64,000 nt of DNA from Antedon mediterranea (GCF_964355755.1 NC_092672.1:1674001-1738000), one strand, 5' to 3'; shown: positions 50,168-64,000, counted from the stretch's first letter. The notes: generated by a model not told the origin, from the sequence alone. Numbers and translations: made by a program.

Positions 50168-53100
50168 TCACCTCCATGCTTGGTTGAGTGATTTGATGGC
50201 AGCCAGTTTTTTGGTGATGACGGCGGCGACAACTAGGCCTACCACAACAGTTGCAATAAGGAGGTAATCAAAGTCCTGATTGAGCACATCAAACAGTTTA
50301 GATGGGGAAATCCTGGTGTAGTAATAATCTAAAAAAAGATTTAACATTTTTGGCTTAAAGATGTCCCCCAAAAACATGAAAAATAAAGATTAATAAAATC
50401 AGACTTTGCGTAGGCCTAAGCTAAGCTATTCATTCGTGTAGATCAAAAAATTTAAATTACATTTTTTTTTCAGGAAAATAATTTTTTTACGATCCAGTTT
50501 TTCGTCAAAGTAAATAACTGTTATTTGACATTAAAATGGAATATTCAACAAAAAATCTTTATTTAGGGGACAATATATCTTTAATTGATGATTCAAAACA
50601 GACACTAAATTCTGAGAGAGCTTTATTTTTTTGAATCGCATAGAAATGTTGTCATTAAAATATTTCATTGTATACAAATATATTACCTAGGCCATATGCC
50701 AAGACTAGACAGGTGGACTCAAGCCCTGCTGGAGATGTGTGTATACCTTCTACACCGAATACCTGCAATTAGAAAGATTAAACAGAATAACATTTACAAA
50801 TAATGAATTATGTTGTTTTTCTTTCACTTTCCTGAACCACTGAAGAACAACTTAAGCTCTGTCTACACCATCGAGGTAGTTGGACAAAAAAGTGTGATGT
50901 GCCCAAACATGATAGTGATATGCTTAAATATGGTATTGATATGACACATCACACAAGTTTGATAGTGTAGACAGAGCTTTACACAAATATTGTGGAGAAT
51001 TATTGAATAATACTTACTGATTGGTTATAATTAATAAATGATAAATACGGAAGAGGAATTTCTGGTAGATATGGTATTAACCCTTCCTCTCTGTGTTCAG
51101 GGAGGGGTACGGTTGGGCGTCGAGGATCAAGTAGCCGTTTGGGAATGACAACAAGACCGCCAGATTGTAGCGATACTAAAGTAAAAATACAGTTTATTAA
51201 TTAGATACATTAAAACATATTTATATTGGAAAAATCATGTGAGGATTGAACTCTGACCTCTGACACTAGGTCAGGATTGAACCTTGGGATTGGAAGGCAC
51301 TACAATTATATTAACCTGTCATATACAGTATATCAGAAAATATTTCTTGTTCTAACAACAATCAATAAATACTATAAAGTAACTTACATATAATATTTTT
51401 ATTTGTGATTCCTTTCTCAGTGTGTGACACGGCCATCGCTTGAACCAAAGAGGGTAGGATATAGGACTGGCGCTCAACCAGTGGAGAATCAATTGCATCC
51501 AAAGATGAAAACGCTGTACTATTTTTCTGTATTTTTCCCTCGTAAAGTTCCAAAGCGGTGATTTCTGCTCGTCTATGTTTACTATTCCAATATTGGTACT
51601 AACAAAAAAACAATATTTAAAACAAGCGATAGTGATATACAGTTAAAAATGTATACAATACTCAGGTAGATTTAATTTAGTAAAATTAAAATTAAATTAA
51701 ATTAAAATCTAAATTAAATAGATTTAATTTAGAAATCCTAAAACAAAGTTATACAGTATATCAGTTTATCTTCATTTGGTTTTTGTTTATCAAGCTATTA
51801 TATGAAGGTACTGTATTGTTCAATTCTTTATTTTGTAAAATTGAACTCAAATTTACCCATACCAACTTTATAATATTTAATAACATAATAAAGAAATTAG
51901 GACAATGAGTTTGGGTCTGTTGCTCAGTGTGTGTACTATAATAATATTAATATTATCCATAAATCAATATCTAATTACAAATTGTAATTAAAGGCATAAG
52001 GGCACAGCAAAGAAACTTGATCAAAAGATGTGATTAGATCTCAATTAATCTTTGATCATTTCAATTCTGTATATCCTCTAGTATAATCCCACCCCAATGA
52101 AAATTATTATTATTTGATTTAATGTTATATGATTATACCCAAGGACATAAGGTATTTATAGTCCAGTGTTCTCCCAGCCAGATACTGTAACAAATTGCTT
52201 CAAAGAAATGGTATTAAAATGGGTGTCTAGTAGTGGTAGGCTTAGCAACTAAAACAGGACCAATAGTCTGATGTATTTTGTCAATTTTAATGAACCAGGA
52301 ACCAGTAAGAAATCATTCAGATGTAAATTCACATTGGAAATCAAAATATCACATTACAGATTACATTTTTATCAAGAATTTTCAACCAAAACCTTGGGAT
52401 GATCAAAATAGACAATTATAATTCATTTTTTAATCAAGTAAATTGAAATCAGATCCTATTAAACTTTTCCACATGAAATCTTAGTCAGGAGTATTATGAA
52501 CTATAAGCAGAACATGACATTTAATTATTTAGAGTGTGAATTAAACAGTAACCTTCTATTTCTAAAAATAGATTTGATCCAAGACGTACCAAAAGGAATC
52601 AAATTAATCATATTTTCGCAATCAAATTACTTAATGGAAATGTTCCCGATAAGCAGTCTTTTTTTAAACGCATTTTTAAGTTTCACAGATTTCATTGTGG
52701 TTTACATTTAAAGAGAGAGATCAAATTAATCTACTGAATTTACTGCAGTAACTACAATGATTACTGCAATAAAATATGACTTTAGTTTGTTTCAGAGACA
52801 TTTATGAAGCAGGCAATAACAAATAACATTGCAAAAGAGTAAACAACATTTAGTTACTGCAGTAACTGCTGCAGCAGAAAATGTTGACATGATATTTGTC
52901 AAAAATGGCGTTTCATATTTGTATGAGTTTATTACGCAAAAATGTATTTATAGTTTATAATATGCAGCTTATGTTGAATAGTTACAATATTCTTGTTTCT
53001 TCTGTGTAGTAATAATAATATGCTCTTTGACTATAAGATGTATAATAGATATTTTAGATGCATGAGCTACACACAGTATTTCTAAACTGTTAATAAATAA

Positions 53101-56100
53101 AATAAGAAATGTATTGTGCAGTTGGTTTCTGTGCATCTATTTGGATATGGATATACTGTAACATTTTCAAAATAAAAGAAATTGAATTGAAGATAAAAAC
53201 ATGACCATTAAGTTTCAATCTCTTATTATTACTCTGTATTTTTAAATAAATAAAATAAGCCTTTTGAAACCACAAACAATAAGAAGCAATTTGTGTATAC
53301 ATTGCTTGAGTGATTCTTCTATGTAACCTTGCAAATAGAAAAGATGAAAATACTTCAAAGTCTACTACTATTTCAAGTAGAAATATTGATTTTTTTTCTC
53401 TATTGGTTATTAAAAAATCATGCGAACAATAAAACAAACCGGAAAAAGGAACAAAAAAACTGTTAAGTTAACAAAAAACCCAACAAGATTGCGCAACGTA
53501 CTTAATAACCTTAATGCAAGACAGGAAGGTTGAAACCTTTCATCGTTTTTAAAGAGTAAACTTTAATTAAAAATGCTCTCACACAATTGATAAATGAAAA
53601 TGCACACGCACGAAATAAAAGGTGATTACTTACAGTTATCCAGTTCTCTGAATGTACCACATAAAGTGGTCCTTCAACTCGTTTGTGGTCCATACTAAAC
53701 ACGATCGCTCCATTTACAACATCAACAAGAAAAACGCTTAGACGAGCTAAACAAAGCGCATAGAAGAACAATTATAACATATAGCCTTAAGTTCTATAAA
53801 GAAAACTTAAGGTGGTTGGGTTTAGATGACTACATCTCTTCTTGAGTATCTACTTCAATTATGTCATCAAAATTACCAAACAATTTAAAAATATCAAATC
53901 CACAATTAGTGAGAATGCTTGTATGCAAAGAAAAATTAAACTTTTAGACAAAAGACAGTTTAAAATAATGAAATACAGACAAGTCGAACAAACACGAAAT
54001 TTAAAAAAAAAACTGACCTTTTGAGGCAGCATCACTGCCCTCTGTTGTCACGACAACGAGATTAGGGTTAAGGTATTTGTAAAGCACAGTCCTGTCTCCA
54101 AGAACTCTACCTAGAGAATGCACTTCCTCTGGGGACAAAAATAAAAGCAAAATAATCTTTAAGCTCTGTCATAATTCTTAAGCTCTGTCTACACTATCAA
54201 ACTGTATGTGAAAATTTGATGTGCCTATATATGGACACGATTACATCATATCACTACTATATTTGGACATATCACTACCATATTTGGGCACATCACACTT
54301 TTTGTAAAACTAGTTTGATAGTGTGGAGAGAGCTTTACAGGTCACAGGTCACCCTCTCAAATCATACATTTCATGTTTAGCATTATATGCCTGTAATTCT
54401 TTTTGATGTGTTTACCTGTGGCACGTTTAGCATAAACGCCTGTAATTCTTCTATGTTTACCTGTGGCACGTTTAGCATAAACGCCTGTAATTCTTATATG
54501 TTTACCTGTGGCACGTTTACCATAAACGCCTGTAATTCTTTTATTATGTGCTTACCTGTGGCACATTTAGCATATATGCCTGTAATTCTTATGTTTACCT
54601 GTGGCACGTTTAGCATAAATGCCTGTAATTCTTTTATATGTGTTTACCTGTGGCACATTTAGCATAAATGCCTGTAATTCTTTTATATGTGTTTACCTGT
54701 GGCACGTTTAGCATATAAGCCTGTAATTCTTTTATATGTGTTTACCTGTGGCACGTTTAGCATAAATGCCTGTAATTCTTTTATTATGTGCTTACCTGTG
54801 GCACGTTTAGCATAAATGCCTGTAATTCTTTTATGTGTTTACCTGTGGCACGTTTAGCATATAAGCCTGTAATTCTTTTATTATGTGTTTACCTGTGGCA
54901 CGTTTAGCCTATAAGCCTGTAATTCTTTTATGTGTTTACCTGTGGCACGTTTAGCATATAAGCCTGTAATTCTTTTATATGTGTTTACCTGTGGCACGTT
55001 TAGCATAAATGCCTGTAATTCTTTTATTATGTGCTTACCTGTGGCACGTTTAGCATATATGCCTGTAATTCTTTTTGATGTTGGTGGCAATTTAATCCTC
55101 CATATCTCTTGCGCCTCAATCTTCTTGTTAGCTGTGATGACAAGTGTCAGGCCAGACATTGATGCGGTCTCTTTCTCCGCAGTGAACATGAATACAGAAC
55201 CAATATTCTCTTTTATGATATTGAAAGAACTTGTGGGATAAAGATGAACCTTTTAATAAAAGATAACAGAAATGATATTGTAGAGGAAAATAATAAATAT
55301 AAGAGATATATAATAAATATGCAAATGTGAACTTTTGCCCTTCAACTTTGACCTTCAATGGTTTTAATAACATATTATTGCACAATGCTTCTAAGCGCTT
55401 TACATTTTGTATATAATATAATTTCTATATTTTATTTTGTAATACCTTATAAGGTAACTTTCAATATTATACCTTATTTGGTCATTTCCATACCTTATAA
55501 GGTCATTTCCATACCTTATAAGGTCACTTCCATACCTTATTAGTGTCATCCAGTAGGAGTATTGGTTTTAGAAAGTCAGAGTCCATAATACCAACGATGC
55601 TAAGTTGCTTTAATTTGAACTTAAGTTCTTTTCCGTACGGATGTTCCTCAAACAACTGACTTGGTTTACCAGTTATAGGGTTAAAGGAATGAATGAAGGT
55701 CATTCCAGATGTCTACAAACGAAAGAGAAGATTTATAAAACTAACATAGGAAAGGTATAATGTATATTACTAAAGCTCTGTTTACACTATCAAACTTGTT
55801 ATAATAACTGTATAAAAAAACAGCATTAGCCAATGGAGCAGTAATTAGCCTTCATCTATGAAGTTTGCTCCTAATGAAAGAAGAAGAAAATGTGATGTGC
55901 CCATATACGGGGGTTACCCCGGTGAATTAGTACATCACAGCCACTGATCACCAACTGGGTCCTCTGGGAGACCAGTCTTTGACTGAAGAGGTTACCCAGT
56001 ATAAATATATATTTCAATCATATAAAACCAGCATGACATAGTAATCAAATGAAATTTAAATGGAAACATTTATTTAACGATGTATTGGCCCCCTGAAAAA

Positions 56101-59100
56101 TGTTTTTTTTTTTTAATATGGCATTTAGAAAACTAAACATACCTTATATCTACCAACGATTGTACATTGTGGGGGATTTGGAAAATGTGCCGTTGTACGC
56201 TGAATGAATAAAGCTATTTTAGACTGGTCTCCATCTTGGAATACATCAAGATTTGGAAAGAAAAGACTCCAAAAGATAGAGCCATCAGTTGAATCTATAC
56301 CGTATACCTACAAAGAAAACATTCACATTTATGTGTTATTGAATAAGTCATCTATCTCATTTAATTCATCAGATACAGTCAAACTACATTCTTTGACTAT
56401 ATTATATATATATTAATTTTATACAAAATAATATTTATACTTTAAATCGTTGTGTAGATTAGTTACCTTGCCATATTTGGAAAAAAAATTATAATCATTT
56501 CATGCAAAATAAAATGTAAACTTTGTATCACTGTGTAGATTGGTTACCTTGCCAGATTTGGAAACAACGTTAATCATCTTATGCAAAATAAAATTTAAAC
56601 TTTAAATTGTTGTATAGATTTAGTTACCTTCATTTTATGCAAAATAAAATGTAAACTTTAAATCGTAAAATATTAATCACCTTGCCAGATTTGGAAACTA
56701 CGATAATCATTTTATGCAAATTAAATTCATCTCTTGTAAGATATTCTTCATCGTCATCATGGTTAACAACAACACGTGAGGGCTCTGTTTTGCGATCTTG
56801 ATGGCTACCGTGCTTTAACCGTCTTTGTAAGTGAGCCACGTATGACTGCAAAATTTAATAAAAAGATGATTATCACAATATTGATTTATTGGAAAAATTG
56901 CTTAAAATACAACCAATACATTAAAACATTAATTTACTAAACTAGAATTTTTTTTAAAATAATCTAAATAATTTGGATTAAAAATGTTTACATTTTCAAA
57001 TCTGAATAATCAGAATTGCATGCCAAATAAACCGTTTATTATTATTTATTTATTATTATATTATCAAAATATTTTAAAATTTACCTTTATTTGATCAAAC
57101 TGTGTATTCAGACGTCTCACAAACATTTCCAAAACAGAAACTGTAAAAAAAAAATGAAATAAACTTATTATTTGTTGTTACTATATCACATTATAAAAAA
57201 ACATATACCAACCAACCAACTAACTGCTTAAAATTTAGACTTACTCTGTAATTTACCACCAAATTCATCTTCAAACTTAGCTTCAGTGTCAGAGACCGGA
57301 AGATCAACCATTTGTACCACAGCTACATGTGCCAGTCCTTCTTCTCTGCACCAAATCACCCTGCCACCTAAAAATGCAAATTTATTCATACAACATAATT
57401 ATTCGTGCGAATCAAACATTCCTGAGTTCAATTTGGTTGAACTTTTTTTCTGGTTTATTCGATTTTCTAAACTACATTATACCCACACTGCGCTTCTCAT
57501 GTTGATACATCACATACCTGATTGCTGTATCATGGTAACCGCGTCGTCTGCAGTTTCCAGCAATACACGGTAGCTAAGCTGCTGATCCTTTTTATGAAAG
57601 AGGTATACCGAAACCTGAAATAAAAGAAAAAAACATTTCAACGCTCAGTAAAGTGAACCTATTTTTATTAACTTTTCAATGTACCAATAGATTAAAGTAA
57701 AGTAACCTGTTTCTTTTGGTTTATTAATATCACTTAAGTAAAAAGTCTCTTAACTCAATTCTTTTTAGGACTTTTGAATGCACTAATAATAATAAAGTGA
57801 AGTTTTGAAAATATATCCAAAAAATTATTTCTGATTTTAAAAACTAATAAACTTTTAATCAAACCTTTTCTGGACTTCCATGATTTTTTTCTATATCAAC
57901 TTTTTGTTTCATGTTTTCTATTTCAGTTCCGTCGACAGTATTAAAACACCGAATCTCCACTTCCTAAAATATAAATAAAACAACTGATATGAGAACAATA
58001 TTAACTTTACCCTTTTTGAGAAATGTATAAATAAATAATAAATATTTTTTAAGTTGTAATCACATACAATATTTTCGCTTTTTTTTTTGTATCTCCATTA
58101 AGATCCAGACACTGATACCCACAGCATTGTCATTTTGTATCTCCATTGAGATCCAGCCACTGATACACACAGCATTGTCATTTTGTATCTCCATTGATAT
58201 CTAGCCACTGATACCCACAGCATTGTCATTTTGTATCTCCATTGAGATCCAGCCACTGATACCCACAGCATTGTCATTTTGTATCTCCATTGAGATCCAG
58301 CCACTGATACCCACAGCATTGTCATTTTGTATCTCCATTGAGATCCAGCCACTGATACCCACAGCATTGTCATTTTGTATCTCCATTGAGATCCAGCCAC
58401 TGATACCCACAGCATTGTCATTTTGTATCTCCATTGAGATCCAGCCACTAATACCCACAGCATTGTCATTTTGTATCTCCATTGAGATCCAGTCACTGAT
58501 ACCCACATCATTGTCATTTTGTATCTCCATTGAGATCCAGCCACTGATACCCACAGCATTGTCATTTTGTATCACCATTGAGATCCAGCCACTGATACCC
58601 ACAGCATTGTCATTTTGTATCTCCATTGAGATCCAGCCACTGATACCCACAGCATTGTCATTTTGTATCTCCATTGAGATCCAGCCACTGATACCCACAG
58701 CATTGTCATTTTGTATCTCCATTGAGATCCACCCACTGATACCCACAATTGTCATTTTGTATCTCCATTGAGATCCAGCCACTGATACCCACAGCATTGT
58801 CATTTTGTATCTCCATTGAGATCCAGCCACTGATACCCACAGCATTGTCATTTTGTATCTCCATTGAGATCCAGCCACCCACAGCATTGTCATTTTGTAT
58901 CTCCATTGAGATCCAGCCACTGATACCCACATCATTGTCATTTTGTATCTCCATTGAGATCCAGCCACTGATACCCACATCATTGTCATTTTGTATCTCC
59001 ATTGAGATCCAGCCACTGATACACACAGCATTGTCATTTTGTATCTCCATTGAGATCCAGCCACTTATACCCACAGCATTGTCATTTTGTATCTCCATTG

Positions 59101-62100
59101 AGATCCAGCCACTGATACCCACAGCATTGTCATTTTTTCAGTGCTTATTGTTTTTTGTATCTCCATTGAGATCTATCCACGGATACCCACATCATTGTCA
59201 TTTTGTATCTCCATTGAGATCCAGCCACTGATACCCACAGCATTGTCATTTTGTATCTCCATTGAGATCCAGCCACTGATACCCACATCATTGTCATTTT
59301 TTCAGTGCTTATTTTTTTTGTATCTCCATTGAGATCCAGCCACTGATACCCACAGCATTGTCATTTTTTCAGTGCTTATTTTTTTTTGTATCTCCATTGA
59401 GATCCAGACACTGATACCCACATCATTGTAATTTTTTCAGTAATTTGCCTTTAAATTTATATATATAATATATTCTTTATAAGCTAAGAACTAGAAAAAA
59501 GATTTTTTTAATGAATAATAAACAAATAAAACTATTAAAATAAGTACTTACGATACGATACAATAAAACTTTATTGTCACAGCCCAAATATAGTAGTGAT
59601 ATGCCCAAATATGGTAGTGATATGACATCATCATGTCCATATACGGGCACATCACATGCAAACATGGCAATATACAGTTGTGAGATATGGTTCCTTAGGT
59701 ACACTCGAGTTAGTATGAATATAACATAAATTACAAGACTAAAATAAATAATAAACAGATAAATGTAACACTTACACTTTCTTTGACCTGAGTAACAGTT
59801 GTAATTATTTTATCATCTGGCAAATCGCCAGCTCCAATTGTAGTCTCCTGCAAGCAATTAAAAGTAGTAGTCTTTGAAGTATTCCTTACAAAATCACATA
59901 GTAATGCCAATAATACATAATAAAGTAACAGTATGCAGTTTTTGTCACAGTAAAGTGTGTTGTACCAAAACAAAATGTGTAATTTAATCAACTTTTGGCC
60001 TATATAATAAATATTAAACCATACCTTTGTAAATTGCCTGATAACCTTAACATCGCCCTCTATTGACACAAGCAGCTGGTTATCGGAGGCTAATTTCAGA
60101 ATAACTATAGGCAAATCATCTGCAGCAGCTCGTAATTCTAGTTGAGTGATATCGAACTTGTGATCTTCACTTGTTAACACCTGTAGAAACAATCCAACAA
60201 ATGCAAGCAATTTCCTGTATTATGTTTTGGAACCAAAAGACAGACCCATTTAAGCTCTGTCTACACTATCAAACTAGTTTTCCACAAAAAAATGTGATTT
60301 GCCAAAATATGGTAGTGATATGACATCATCATGTCCATGTATCACATTTTGTTGTCACATAAAGTTTGATAGTGTAGACAGAGTTTAAGAGACCATGAGT
60401 GGATCATGTATTCCACAACCATCACAATCACCTCCTTCTACTGTCCTTGTGTAAATATTCTATTTATGAATACACTTTACAATTTCTCACATAAACTTTT
60501 TAAATGTTCTTCAAACATAAACTATATTTTCTTACAGAAAGAGGTGTTGTCTGAAAAACATTTCCCTCTCTTAGGTTGGCAACTTGTAGTTCACGGTTGG
60601 TTGAATCAAAGCACACCATGTGACCATTTCTAAGTATGATGCAAGCAGACTGGACCGTTGCCCAGGCAGCAGGGAATGAATTCTGCTTAGAAAAAAAATA
60701 TATAACATTTAATTTTTATAAGGAAAATTTCTGTCAAACGAATGGCAGAATAATATGTAAACAATATGACTAACGCTTACTAATGGGACACCTTGTTGGT
60801 TTCTGAAGTTACTAAAGCTGTCTACACTATCAAACTAGTTTGACAAAAAATGTGTAATGTGCCCAAATATGGTAGTGATATGCCAAAATATGGTAGTGAT
60901 ATGACATCAAGGAGTCCATATATGGGCACATCACATTTTTTTTGTCACATAAAGCTTGATAGTGTAGACAGAGCTTTAGGATTTGACTGCTTGTCAGTCT
61001 CTCAAAGACATGAAATAAAAGAAGATGCCAAAACACAAACCTCATTAGAAAGTGTGCCATCTTGAAGGCTGTAGAACTGCACTGTGTAGTGAGAGCTTTC
61101 AACAAGACCAACAATGACAACCTCATCATTGTGTTGTGACATCCATTTGTATTGCACATTTCCACTGTAAAATTAATAAAATAAAATGTTTAGGCTGTGG
61201 AAAGACTGACTTAATTACACCTAGAAGAGGGTAGGGGAAGGGGATTGATTGATCCCTATATAAGATATTACAGGACTGACTGCAGATCATGAAGCAGAAG
61301 CTAATCCACATTTCAAAATGTAAATATAATCATTCTCATCAGAACAATGTTTCTTCAATGTGCAATATTAAATACCTGTATGTACACAGAAACAAACTAC
61401 TTTACGTCCCATCTGAAGGACGTGCTGCACAGAAAGGTTCATCATTCAATTTCAAAACTTACTCTGTACTCAGTTTTGCTGTCCATCTTTCTTCGCCAGT
61501 TTTTGTTGACAAAACATGCAAAGAATTATCTACCAGTACAGCCAACAAGTTATCATTTTCTTGAGAGCAAATAACAGACACTGTCCAACTATATAAAGAA
61601 AAATAATAAATAATAATATACAAATAATGAATGTTTATGAGTGTAATGGTACAAATAATGGCATGAGGTGAATGGAAAGATTGTATTTCAACAAGGCGAT
61701 ATTGCATGGTGGGAACCAAACCTATAGAGTGCGCTGTCTCTAAATTCTTTGTTGCTGCTGCCAATGTTCAAGCACTGTTTTTTCTTCAGAGTATTTACCA
61801 GTGTTTTCTTACCTTTGTTTAGGTTCAGCAATGGTTGATTCCCATCGAACGAATCCAGTACTTACTGCCCATGAATGAACCTTACTTCCACCCCCTGATA
61901 CAGTAATAAGATCTGTAAAACAAAAGAAACTGTTTTTAATTTATAATCTGGCAGTTTTCATCTTTTTTGTAATAATACTTTTTAATAAGAATGCATAAAA
62001 AACAATAAATTGTATTTCAATTGTTTAATTTTCTTATATATATTAAATAAGGTTTTGTATGGAGTAAGTGCAGAATCTGTTTGGGCTTTAGCCTATTCTC

Positions 62101-63012
62101 ACTCCTGGTTATTCATTTCATTGGTGACCAAATAAATATTATTTTATTAATATTATTAATTCACCCTCATTTTTGTAATGTAACGCATCAATGACCCCAG
62201 TTGACCCTCGGGTGAATATCTGTCTCCAGGTGAGGTCACCCGTTCTTGTATTTATTGCAGCTAGTACATTCGATTCTGTCGCTACAAACACGCTCTTCTT
62301 TCCGCTACTTGGTTCAAATTGCACATATTTTAGCTTCCCAACATGGCGCTGTCTCCTGAAACAAGAATTAATTGTACAACTATTTTTTTTCACATTTTTG
62401 TTGTTGAATATGCCATTGTAATGTCACATTTTAATTAATAGTTATTTACTTTGACCAAAAACTGGATCAGCAAAAAAAAAAATAATTTAAAGAAAAAAAA
62501 TTGTCAAAATTAAATTGTCTGTCAGACAATGGGTTTACAATACAATACAACAAACTACTACAAGATGAAGTCTAATTTCATTTTTACATTTAAACAAAAA
62601 TAAAGTTTGGTTTTGTTAATTAATGTTACTTTTCATCCCAATAACCATTAATAATGTTTTCATAGCTATAAGCATACACTGCTAAATTGTCTTATGATTG
62701 GATTAGGCTTGGAAAACCTAGAATAGAGAGCCTAGCCCTACCCGGCATTAATCATTATCATTTTATTTTATTTAGGGACTTGCCTCTTTCTTTTGATGAG
62801 TGACGAGTCTTTTGTTGTTGATGTTCATTCATTATTAATATTAGTAGGCTTAGCCTACAGTTTTATTTACTAAACACTGCCTAAATGTAAATAAAAAAAT
62901 ATTACCAGTCATATTTTCCTACTTCGTCTTCATAGAGACAATCTACAACCCAGTATTTCGTAAAAAGTACAAGAAAAATTACAGAAAACGTTCGGAGTAT
63001 GTAGGCCGCCAT
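50168..63012 (-). CDS. EMC1: ER membrane protein complex subunit 1, ~22 exons (first 62906-63012, last 50168-50327)
   Basis: Signal peptide then [99 protein letters not shown], a TM segment, and SLNQAWR*. Confidence 0.96.
54375..55080. repeat. ~50-bp minisatellite (~14 copies) made of an EMC1 exon end plus splice donor
   Basis: Unit ttacctgtggcacgtttagcataaatgcctgtaattctttta... The rightmost copy is coding ([11 protein letters not shown]). Confidence 0.93.
58085..59435. repeat. 48-bp minisatellite, ~27 copies, in an EMC1 intron
   Basis: Unit gtatctccattgagatccagccactgatacccacagcattgtcatttt. Confidence 0.97.
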
Positions 63013-63796
63013 CTTTATGGAAATCTTATTCTTAGCTCCTTTCCCAACAACTTTTAAAACAAAAAAATATTTTCACTGCTTATATTACAGGTCCTGCCAT
63101 TTTATAAATAAAAAAACTTTATAATATGAACTTTGAATTATTTTAGTTATTACTAAATTGTTTCTAATAGATATTTATTTATTTTCTGAAATAAATACAA
63201 AATGTAAGATACGCTTCAGTAACTTTACTAAAGAGGGCGGCATGTTAAAAGATATTCCTCCTCTGGAGCGGCCTGAATTTGAGAAATTATAACTTATAAG
63301 AACAAAATTATAAAGACGGGAACTAAACAAGAAGATTAATTCGAATGAAGTACCATAATCAAAATTTAGGTTTTTATCAAATATTAAAGAACAATTTAAA
63401 ATTCAATAAAACCATGAATTCTCCCTAAATTAACTTTATTTTGTCTTTTTGCAAAGCCGCAAAAAGAGAAAATGACAGTTATTCTTGGTATTACTATAAA
63501 TAAATGATGCACAAACTTTGGGAAGCTCAAACATGGAAAGACAAAATGTATATATTTAAAAATATATATATATAAATATTAATATTGAAGAATCCCGTAT
63601 ATTTATTTTGCTGGTGGTCTTCATTTTTCGTCTGGCTGTATAATTGCTGCTGTATAATTGCTTATCGGCAGAGGGCGCTGTAAGGGTATATAACTCGAGC
63701 GATCTCCTCCTATTAAAATTGTTTCAGGTGCCGGTTTATATTTTGCTGTTCGTGTGCTGTGAGTCCTGCTGCTGCTGCTCAGCTTAACAGTAAACT
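63013..63796. promoter_or_regulatory. Putative bidirectional promoter EMC1/SLC25A11, including a CTCF-like motif at ~63665-63680
   Basis: Divergent ATGs ~780 bp apart. cggcagagggcgctg resembles the CTCF core. Confidence 0.55.
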
Positions 63797-63870
63797 ATGT
63801 CGAATTCACAGGTTTCATCTAATGTTGTCATTCCGAAACCTGTAAAGTTTCTCTATGGAGGGCTTGCTGG
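63797..63870 (+). CDS. SLC25A11: Mitochondrial 2-oxoglutarate/malate carrier, first coding exon (gene continues beyond the window)
   Basis: MSNSQVSSNVVIPKPVKFLYGGLAG|gtatgt resembles the recalled PKSVKFLFGGLAG of SLC25A11. Confidence 0.75.
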
Positions 63871-64000
63871 GTATGTATACGTTTTACACTGCATGATGAT
63901 CACGTCTAGCTAGGCCTAGCCATACCTAGCTAGTCTAGCTATAGTGGTAGATACTGTCACTGCGACCCGGTACTGCCACCACTCTGCTAGTAAGTAGTAG

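Noticed and set aside
58098-59332. Long repeat ORFs (up to 287 aa) as EMC1 exons or a separate gene
   Set aside because: 48-bp minisatellite. EMC1 splices sensibly around it (exons ~59777-59848 and ~57865-57963).
1-64000. Prokaryotic operon, defence system or horizontally acquired island
   Set aside because: All recognisable genes are spliceosomal-intron animal genes or animal-type single-exon genes. ORF-track starts at TTG/GTG are not meaningful here.

Overview
AT-rich, intron-containing animal genomic DNA. It is probably an invertebrate deuterostome such as an echinoderm, inferred from Deu/Nin-type SINE cores and gene similarity, not proven. I assembled six conserved housekeeping genes by hand. 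They form three head-to-head pairs: NAA38/CYB5D1, WDR33/SSU72 and EMC1/SLC25A11 (first exon only). Four single-coding-exon genes are also present: an uncharacterised secreted or GPI-anchored protein, two tandem aminergic-type class A GPCRs, and a ~546-aa protein that looks like a degenerate Roc GTPase split by a multi-pass membrane insert. Introns and intergenic DNA are dense with non-autonomous transposons (Harbinger-type MITEs; Kolobok-, MULE-, hAT- and Sola-like TIR elements; a Helitron; a Helentron/DINE-like element; Penelope, LINE and SINE remnants) and minisatellites. The best leads are the split Roc/TM protein, a U12-type SSU72 intron with a variant donor, tandem arrays seeded from exon, stop and start boundaries, a rearranged SSU72 3' end, a Helitron beside its own empty site, and TAGGCCTA clusters next to the housekeeping promoters. 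No CRISPR or prokaryotic system is supported. All identifications come from reading the sequence and recalled family motifs; no searches were run.
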